DNA from: Tubiluchus corallicola | Lineage: Eukaryota > Animalia > Priapulida | Direction: 5' to 3' | NCBI GenBank assembly: GCA_030141605.1 | Contig: JAQGDQ010001969.1 | Location: 1-19,086 of the forward strand | Length of the DNA stretch: 19,086 nt | Shown: positions 8,825 through 16,969 of the stretch, piece after piece | How the letters are laid out: each line of letters begins with the position of its first letter | How positions within the stretch are numbered: position 1 is the first letter of the stretch | The notes under the pieces: model-generated | Database searches by the model: none | Told to the model about the DNA's origin: nothing | Seen by the model: only the letters and a program-made list of their open reading frames with translations | Made by a program: the position numbers and the translations under genes

Positions 8825-9575
8825 ATCTCAATGTCAGATATTTTTCTGAAGTTTGCGCAATTATGCTAATTGTAGAATTTTCAACAATTCCGTTTTGCAT
8901 TACAAAATGCGAATCGTACGACTGAAAATTGTGAACGACCACATGCAAAACGTTGTTATTAGCGTGCATTTTGGCGCTACAGGAAATGCAAGCCGCACAT
9001 CGACATTTTCCAGACTTATAGTCGCGCAAAAAGTCGTCGTGCAGAAGAGTTTTTTGCAATAGCCACATTCGCTAGACGCCTGGAAGTTCGCCTCGTCCTC
9101 GGGTGACATGACCAAGTGCTGGTTGGCATTTGTCATGTTCCACTGAAGGACGTGTTGTGCCAAATCGTGAATGTAAAGAATTAGGTGGCAAGTGCAGTCA
9201 TCGCCAACGAATTCTCTATATTCACAGGGAAGTGGATCGGCCGCCATATTCTCGTTAGGAACTGCAAAAGGTTGGTGCGTGGTTTTTAAAAGAGGGTTGT
9301 CGTTGGGTAGCAGAATAGTTTCAAAGTCACAATATGCGACATAGCTGGGAGAAATTTGTTTCCAAATGTTTTGAAAGGAGAGTTTGGTGTTGGGAGGTGG
9401 CAATTTTTCTTGAACGCATCCATCAGCACTACAGCATTCTTTCCTGTGATTCTGCAGAGTGATATGGCTATCATCGAATGGTTGCAAACATCTTTCGCAA
9501 TATTAGCTGTGGCAGGTGGGGCGGGTGTTTAGGAGGCGGTCGAGGTTGGTTAAGGTGAGGTAGTGAGTAGTGAAG
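8825..9575 (-). pseudogene. Polinton/Maverick-type protein-primed DNA polymerase B fragment A (N-terminal/exonuclease part)
   Basis: HYLTLTNLDRLL, stop codon, YCERCLQPF, YVAYCDFETIL, CGYC, VVVHNFQSYDSHFV, IIAQTSEKYLT; internal stop and frameshift near 9040; homologous to 9955-10700. Confidence 0.8.
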
Positions 9576-9954
9576 AATGTTACATTACTGGCCGATTTAG
9601 GGACCCCCTGCCCGGGGGTGGGGGGTGCTGTGGTGTTTAGGTGTGGGGACCGTGACCCCTGACTGCGACCCCTGACCCGGTTCTATTGTTTTTGATAGTT
9701 AAGTGACCAATTAGGCGATTAGAGCAACGATTTAGGGATTAGGAGTGACAGTTAGAGCTCCTGCAACTTTTCCGGGGGTGTTTTACGAATTAGGGGCCCC
9801 CACTCTCTAGGAAACACCTGCAAAAGGCAGGCGAGGACATCCCCGCTGTGGTAGAATGCAACCATTAGGTCAGCTGAGGACACACGTCTAGCCTAGATAA
9901 TTGCTTAATGGTTGTCTTAATTCGATAATTGAGTAGGACATCTGTTGTCTGGTC

Positions 9955-11923
9955 GGAATCTCGACCGTCTGCTAAATAAAACTGGTGAAACACGTGATTA
10001 TTGTGAAAGATGCCTGCAGCCATTTTATAGAAATCGTATTACTCCTGAAGAACATATACGCGTATGTTATAGTATTGATGGGTGCGTGCAAGAAAAATTA
10101 CCGCCTCCGCACACCAAATTAGGCTTTAGCAATATTCGCAAAACCATGTCACCTAGTTACACTGCATATTGTGATTTCGAAGCTATACTTTTGGCTAACG
10201 ATGACCGCAATAATCCACTTTTGAAAACTAAGCATAAACCTTTTGCGGCAGGAATATATTTAGTACCTAACGAAAACATGTTAGCGAATCCTCTACCTTG
10301 CGATTATAAACAATTCGTTGGCGAAGATTGCACGCGTCAATTAATGCTTTGTTTAGTTGGCGCAACGGGTCCATCGATGGAATTTAGCGCATGCTAAACA
10401 GCCACTATGCATGAATGCTCGCGATGAGCAAAATTTTCAAAATGCCACTCATTGTGTCTTTTGTAAAATGACATTCACTGAAGCAGAAAAAATTCGAGAG
10501 CACTGTCACCTAACAAGCGTTTACCGTGGGGCGGTGTGCATTTCCTGTAATGCCAAAATGAGAAGTTATGATGATTATCTTCATGTCGTCATACATAATT
10601 TTAGAAATTATGACTCGCATTTTATACTAGAACATGGCATCATTAAAGATTCTCGCATTAACGTGATAGCACAGACCTCGGAAAAATACCTCACTTTTAT
10701 CTCAAAAATCTCGACACCTTTCATCCGACCACTGTAGATGATAGTTGGGAAACTGGTTATTTTGTAGTCTGCGATTTGGAAGATCCAAAACAGATTCATT
10801 GTATGACCAGCGACTTTCCCCTGGCACCAGAACGCCTAAAAACCCATGAAATATTATTTTCCAATTTCATGCGTCATCAATGGCAACGAATATGTAGATT
10901 ACGTAATTCGAACACGCTCATTTTTAGAGGTAGCGAAAAGTTAATGCTGACCCAATTCTCTAAAGAGAATTACGGTGTCCACATTTCGCTACTAAAATTT
11001 TATCTATGTTTTTGAGAAAGATCTTTTTAAGCTGTTCAATAACAGTTTATTTGGTAAAAGTATGGAAAATGTTCGCAAACGATTGCTCTTTAAAAGTGGC
11101 AACTAGTCAAAAAGGGTTCGAACAATTTTTGAGGCAACCGGAGCATCTAGATTTTAGCATTTTTAATAATACTGTGAGTGCACACAGACTGCGCAAAACC
11201 AGCGTTCTCATAGATAGGCCAATATATATAGGTGAGACCGTTCTCGACCTTTCTAACTTGATAATGTATCGCCTTTGCTACGAAACATTCAGCGATGATG
11301 AAATGAGAAATCTCCAGAAGCGGATGTGAAATTTGTCTTTGCGGACACGGATTCATTTTTTCTACTACTTAAAAATTTGAGTGTACCCGAGACTTTAATC
11401 CCTCATTTTCTACAGAAAAGAAATGTGACCGATACCTCGAATTATCCGAAAGATCACGTTTTTTATCGAGAGGAAAATTGGGCAGGTTGTTTCAAAGATG
11501 AACCTCAAGGCTCTCTACATCGTCAGTGGATTTTACTTAAGCCCAAATTATATAGCATGTTGAGCATTGATTTTCGGCAAAGCAAAAAGCGTGCTAAAGG
11601 CGTCGATAGACGCACAATTAGCAAAGAAATAAGGCACGAAGTGCATTTACAGATCAGGTGGCACTGGTACACGACACGAACATTCTTCCAAAACATCACT
11701 ATCTTTTTTTGACGATAAAATATGCTGGCTGTCAAAAAATTTTAGTCTTCCATATGGGCACTATTTACTAGATCAGACAAAACCTATTGTTTCTAGTGTC
11801 GCTCCTCCCGCCGAAAATCAACCTTTTCATGGACCTGCTAACGTATCTGTTGTCAATATTTGCGCTGATGATGATGTTGATCATGATGATGATGATGATG
11901 ATAGTGTTATTCTTGATAATTGA
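9955..11923 (+). pseudogene. Polinton/Maverick-type pPolB copy B, internally deleted and frameshifted
   Basis: NLDRLL, YCERCLQ, YCDFEAIL, REHCHLTSVYRGAVCISCN, HNFRNYDSHFI, [deletion ~10700], GYFVVCDLEDP..SDFPLAPE, KENYGVH, [deletion ~11010], FKLFNNSLFGKSMENVRKR (frame not in track), RPIYIGETVLDLS, FADTDS, DTSNYPKDH, GCFKDE, LKPKLYS, KRAKGV, SFFDDK..SLPYGHY, Asp-rich tail ending TGA at 11923. Confidence 0.88.
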
Positions 11924-12322
11924 GAATGACAACAAATATGTTAGTGGGAAGGGGGGGTCCGAACCGACTAAATATTGTATTTATGTGTCAGTCTGTTTGA
12001 AGTTATGTATTGAACAATGTATCGAAACAATATAAACAATATATGTACTTCCTCGTAGAGTGTAATTACAGAGAGCTATGTACGTGCTCTCTTTTTTATG
12101 ATGTATCTTTGCTATCTAAATGTGACATGATGTTGTTTGCGATTATTATATTTGTACAGATTATATTTGTACACAATTCGTCTCCTTCCTTCCATTCTAT
12201 TCTAGATCCACCATTTCCTCAAAGGGACTTATTTTTTCTCGTTGACGTACCACAGTGGTGTTATGCTATACCATAGTTATTCTGATAATATGTCCACAAT
12301 GATGTTTTTATCGTTGCTATAT

Positions 12323-12406
12323 CTCCAGAGTGTTTAATTGATAAAGGTTTTTGTCTGATCCATTCTCACCTCCAGTATGTTTAATTGATAAAGGTTTTTG
12401 TCTGAT
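12323..12406 (+). repeat. 47-bp-period tandem duplication
   Basis: CTCCAG..TGTTTAATTGATAAAGGTTTTTGTCTGAT at 12323-12359 and 12370-12406. Confidence 0.85.
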
Positions 12407-12590
12407 TCAGCATATCCGCATGGTACTGCTATAAATGCACGCTCAAAATCTTGTGAGTTATTTCTTTGGTAATTGTGCTCCATACGAGAAGGTTGTCGTC
12501 AAGCTAATAGTAATCTTTCGGATAATACGAGGTATCGATAATGTTTCCTTTTTCCAGAAAATGAGGAATTAAAATTGGCAAACGTCTCTA
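12323..12590 (-). pseudogene. pPolB fragment C (C-terminal pieces), not in ORF track
   Basis: Minus strand reads LIPHFLEKGNIIDTSYYPKD (cf. LIPHFLQKRNVTDTSNYPKD in B), TITKEITH (cf. TISKEIRH) and ATCAGACAAAAACCT (cf. 11772-11785). Confidence 0.72.
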
Positions 12591-12673
12591 CAATTTCTCA
12601 CTCAAATGACGTCTAATCTCCTCTCATATATGCACCTCCAGTAGAAATACATGTGGTATCAATTTCCTTTCTA

Positions 12674-12698
12674 TTCTGTTCTGTTCTGTTCTGTTCTG
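12674..12698 (+). repeat. (TTCTG)5 microsatellite
   Basis: Direct reading. Confidence 0.9.
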
Positions 12699-12884
12699 AA
12701 TGTTAAAAGGGAGCCATTTTCATAATAATAATAATAAAGTTTGACAATCTGGAGACACGTTCAATATGTCAATGATGACTTTGGAATGAATATATATATA
12801 TAATTCCATTGTGTCTTTCAATGTGAATATGTATATATATAATTAATCAATGTCAATTATAGTCAATGTGAAAATAGCGATTGA

Positions 12885-12907
12885 ATATATATATATATAT
12901 ATATATA
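12885..12907 (+). repeat. (AT)n microsatellite in AT-rich tract
   Basis: Direct reading; shorter AT runs near 12790 and 12832. Confidence 0.9.
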
Positions 12908-13084
12908 AATACAGAAGTACAGACTGATTACATAAATACTGCATGAATACTCATCTGATTGAATAAATACATGTTAAATATAGTATGCAATCAATCTCTT
13001 CTCCTATTGAGTGTAAAAGTGAATTTATGTGAATATTTAATTACTGAATTGTAGCTACTGTTTTGTCCAGTTTGTCGGCCTGCA

Positions 13085-13557
13085 TGTTGTAACCAAATAA
13101 AAATGATGAACACTTTGATACAGGTTGATTCCTTTATTGTCAAAAAAAAATGAAGAAGTGAAGCCGGTGTAGAGGGGGGTAGGTTTCAACATAAATTGCA
13201 GTCTGAAATAAAAGTAAAAGCAACGTTTAGGGAAGTTTAACTTAATAATTCACCTAAGTTTAACACTCTATAACAAAAATTAAAGCATTAACTTCTCAGT
13301 TTAGCAAATCAGGAAAAACCACAAAAATATAATTTAAAGCAACATACCTTGACAAACTACATTATGAAATTCACCAATTACACTATTCACCAGCAGACTA
13401 TGAGACCTGAACTACTACTGACCAACATACAATAGCCAGGACTCCTGTTACAGCTCATTAACTTTAGTTGAAACCCAGTAAATGGTATGTAAATAGATTG
13501 TACAGTAAACAGTTTAAGAGACAGGTAAATTAATTTTACAGCCAAAAGATGGCAGCA
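13085..13557 (-). repeat. Putative 3' LTR of element 2
   Basis: Minus strand: PPT-like GGGGAGG (13558-13564), then TGCTGCCATC ... AATAAA (13133-13138) ... TACAACA; TGCTG/CAACA is an imperfect terminal IR. Alternative start at 13669 (GGGGG-TGTAC). The partner LTR is not in the window. Confidence 0.5.
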
Positions 13558-13702
13558 CCTCCCCAAGATACTACAAGTTTCTGTTAATTCCAAGTCTAAA
13601 AAAAAACATTCATTATGACACAACTGTATAACAAAAAATATATTATCAAATTGTTTCCTAAACAGTACACCCCCAAGATGAAAAAAAAAACGCGGTGCTC
13701 CT

Positions 13703-16700
13703 TTAAATCTCCCAACCATCTGCAGGAACAAGAACAACCAACTGCTGAACTGGCCGTCTTACCCTTGTATATGTCGCACCACCATAGTTCCTAGCATCCT
13801 CATCTGGTTTGATGTTTTTGTATTTGACGATGCAATGACGAACATTTCCATCTGATCCAGGAAACACCTCATCCACCATTGCCAAGCGATAATCTCCTCG
13901 CAGAGTATTGGTGTCAGCAACAAACACAACATCTCCTACTTGAATGTTCCGCTCTCTATGATGCCACTTCTGACGAACTACCATGGCTGGTGCACAGTCT
14001 CTGCTCCACCTGCGCCAAAACGTGTCGACAATTGTCTGAATTACTCTGAAGCGATCTCTGTACGATGCCTTGTAGTTCCACGGACCTGGAGGTATGTTCA
14101 CAGAGCTGCGACCAAGCAACATATCATTCGGTGTCAAAGCACTGAAATGCTTCTCCTCTGAAATATGTACATGAAGAGGTCGCTGGTTTATTAGCTGCAT
14201 CACCTCGTAAAGAACAGTTTGTAACTCGGAATAGCTCATGAGTGCACATCCTACTGCCAGCGAAATTGCCCTTTTTGCCATATGAATCAACTTCTCTGTT
14301 GTCCCCTGCCACCATGGAGCATGTGCAGGGCTAAACTCCCAAGCAAATCCATTTGAAGCACTGAATGTGGACACATCTTTTCCTGCTAGCTGAAGATGCA
14401 TTTCCAACAATTCTTTGCCTGCTGCTCTCAGCTGTGACCCACCATCACTGAACATCTTTGTTGGCCAGCCTCTGATTGCACCAAACCGACGGAGACATGA
14501 AAGAAAACAGCCAGTGGAGTAACTGTTCGCAAGTTCTATGTGGACAGCCTTTGTTATTAAACACACGAACAGAACCCCATATGCTTTCCCAGATGATCTC
14601 TTGTTGACCTCTCCTCTTACCCTAAATGGACCAAACAAATCAACTCCTGTATTTGTCCAAGGTGGAGCTGGCTTAAGCTTTTCTTCTGGAAGAGGGCCCA
14701 TTAGCTGTTTCGCTGCTCTGACATCAACACGTCTACAAGTAGTACATCTGTGCTTGACACTTTTGGCCAATTGCATTCCACGAGGAACCCAGTACTTCCT
14801 GCGAAACTTTTCCAGAGTTGCAGCCACCCCAAGATGCCCTTGAGAATGAGCTTCGTCCATGAAAAGTCGTGTCAATGGATGTCCATATGGCAAAATAATA
14901 GGTAGCTGGTTGTCCCACGTGAAAATGACATAACACTGCATTCTACTGCCAACCACCCAAAATCCGTCACTGTTCTTCGTTGGTGCTAACCTTGTAAATC
15001 TACCAGTGGGTTTACCATCTTTATCTGGTGCCGATTTCTCTAACTCTTCCTCAACTGTGTCCTGAGCTTCTTTGATGACACGTCTCCTGGCTGCCTCCAA
15101 CATCTCAGCTGTTACCATTACTGAACCACTGGAAAAATGGCGTTTCCCATTACCACACGGTTTCGCTATTTGCAACACTCTTGCGACTGAACGAAGTAGC
15201 CTATTAACTTTGCTAAACCGAGATACATCAAATACTGACTCGTTCTCCTTGACAGAAACTAGTCCAACTGCTGCGATATCTGATAGTTCATCCTCACTGA
15301 CTGAAGCAGGTGATACAGGCCATTCACTCCTTGGTAAACTCAGAAAATGTGGTCCATTTACCCATTCATCACTTGCTAAATCTGATGGCTTCTTTCCACG
15401 TGTCACCCAGTCTGCAATATTATGAGATCCATCGATCCACATCCACTCATCAAGTTTCCCGTCTTCTGAAAGTTTAGATGCAGATTGTATTTCTCCAACA
15501 CGCACTCCCACATAGCGATCGAATCTACTGCTTGTTTTTTGTAGCATCCCCAAAACTGTTTTCGAGTCAATGAGATGCAAAACCTCTGTGAAATTGTACC
15601 GCATTTCACTTTCAATGAATTTCCTTATTCGTTTGCCCACTAGCGCACCATTTAGTTCAAGTCTTGGAATCGTGATGTGCTTCAGCGGGGCAATTTTACC
15701 CTTTGCCATTATAAGCTGACTCTTTCTACCTCCATCAGTTAATTCCCAATGAGCATAGGCGACAGCACCAAATCCTGTCTCACTAGCATCTGAAAGTATG
15801 ATCAGCATCGGATCACCAACAGTTTCTCTTGGCTGCAAGCATCTTGGGAATGATAAACTCTGAACATCATAGAGTTCTTGAAAAAATTCAAAAAACTTCT
15901 CCCGCAGATCCAATGGCAATGCATCATCCCAGCCAAGTTTCATAACCCAAGTTTCCCTTAGCAGTATCTTACTCTTCATGGTGACTGGAGTAAGAAAGCC
16001 ACATGGGTCAAACAGTGACATGACTTGGCTCATGACCATCCGTCTTGTCAAAATTGGTGGCATTTCTCTGGCTAACTCCTCGCGACATATGTCTGTACCT
16101 GTCCGTATTTTCCTCCTCCTTTTTGAGAAATTGATCTTTGCATGAAATTTGAATTTGTCCACCACTGAGTCCCACACAACTCCCAACACTCGACCTTCCT
16201 CTTCTGAATTTGCAATCACTTTAACCGAAGAGTTTTCTTCTGTAGTTGCTTCACCAGAGAAACGCCAACACTTCACTTTAAAATTCCCTCTTTTAAAAAT
16301 ATCTTCCATCTCCTTTGCTAGTCCGAGGCCTCTTTCTCTTCCTTCACAAGACTCTAGAATATCATCAACATATGTTGACTCTTTTATGACCTTTGCTGCC
16401 TGAGGATGTGAGCTTTGGAACATTTCAGCAGTCATATACAATGCTTCAGTGGCAATCGCTCCCGCCGGACGGTCGCCAATATTTACAACAGTAATGATGT
16501 ATACATCTGGTGCCCTATTTTCATCACAATCCCGCCAAAGAAATCTGTGGCAGTGCTGATCATTGACATCCATTTCAACTGAGTTGTACATCTTCCGAAT
16601 GTCCCCTTGAATAGCAAAAGAGTGCTCTCGAAACCTGCAAAACACGCCAAGCAAATTATTAAGGTAATTGTCTGGTCCTTTAGCCAAACATGAATTAAGT

Positions 16701-16969
16701 GAAATGTTACCCTTGGCTTTTCTACTGCTGTTGAAAACAATTCGCACGGGTGTTGACTGGCTCTTAGGGTTAAGCGCAGCTAAGTGGCATAAATAGAAAA
16801 CTGGCCCTTTCCAGTTATCAATCTCGGCTTGACTAAGTTTGCGTGCAGCACCTCGATCGACCATGTCTTGTATCTGACCTGAATACACAGCACCCCAGTC
16901 TGCATTTTTTGCCAAACTTGTCTCACACGACTGTAAAGCTGACAGAGCTTGTTGATAGTTATCAGGCAA
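13703..16969 (-). CDS. pol: BEL Pol (RT, RNase H, integrase) of element 2
   Basis: LPDNY, SLNSCLAKGP, GDIRKMY, NIGDRPAG, TYVDDIL, RVLGVVWD, LFDPCG, SDASETGFG, TIPRLELNGA, NIADWVTRG, HHCC, GVDLFGP, FSDGGSQL, FWRRWSRD. Continuous with the upstream ORF if 4 bp at ~16980 are removed. Confidence 0.92.
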   Translation of the reverse strand: MPDNYQQALSALQSCETSLAKNADWGAVYSGQIQDMVDRGAARKLSQAEIDNWKGPVFYLCHLAALNPKSQSTPVRIVFNSSRKAKGNISLNSCLAKGPDNYLNNLLGVFCRFREHSFAIQGDIRKMYNSVEMDVNDQHCHRFLWRDCDENRAPDVYIITVVNIGDRPAGAIATEALYMTAEMFQSSHPQAAKVIKESTYVDDILESCEGRERGLGLAKEMEDIFKRGNFKVKCWRFSGEATTEENSSVKVIANSEEEGRVLGVVWDSVVDKFKFHAKINFSKRRRKIRTGTDICREELAREMPPILTRRMVMSQVMSLFDPCGFLTPVTMKSKILLRETWVMKLGWDDALPLDLREKFFEFFQELYDVQSLSFPRCLQPRETVGDPMLIILSDASETGFGAVAYAHWELTDGGRKSQLIMAKGKIAPLKHITIPRLELNGALVGKRIRKFIESEMRYNFTEVLHLIDSKTVLGMLQKTSSRFDRYVGVRVGEIQSASKLSEDGKLDEWMWIDGSHNIADWVTRGKKPSDLASDEWVNGPHFLSLPRSEWPVSPASVSEDELSDIAAVGLVSVKENESVFDVSRFSKVNRLLRSVARVLQIAKPCGNGKRHFSSGSVMVTAEMLEAARRRVIKEAQDTVEEELEKSAPDKDGKPTGRFTRLAPTKNSDGFWVVGSRMQCYVIFTWDNQLPIILPYGHPLTRLFMDEAHSQGHLGVAATLEKFRRKYWVPRGMQLAKSVKHRCTTCRRVDVRAAKQLMGPLPEEKLKPAPPWTNTGVDLFGPFRVRGEVNKRSSGKAYGVLFVCLITKAVHIELANSYSTGCFLSCLRRFGAIRGWPTKMFSDGGSQLRAAGKELLEMHLQLAGKDVSTFSASNGFAWEFSPAHAPWWQGTTEKLIHMAKRAISLAVGCALMSYSELQTVLYEVMQLINQRPLHVHISEEKHFSALTPNDMLLGRSSVNIPPGPWNYKASYRDRFRVIQTIVDTFWRRWSRDCAPAMVVRQKWHHRERNIQVGDVVFVADTNTLRGDYRLAMVDEVFPGSDGNVRHCIVKYKNIKPDEDARNYGGATYTRVRRPVQQLVVLVPADGWEI

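Noticed and set aside
9556-9572. AGTAGT-like run as a Polinton terminus
   Set aside because: It is the antisense of coding sequence TTHYLT in pPolB fragment A.
11787-12035. ORF with poly-Met/hydrophobic stretch
   Set aside because: Alternative frame of the (GAT)n Asp-rich pPolB tail.
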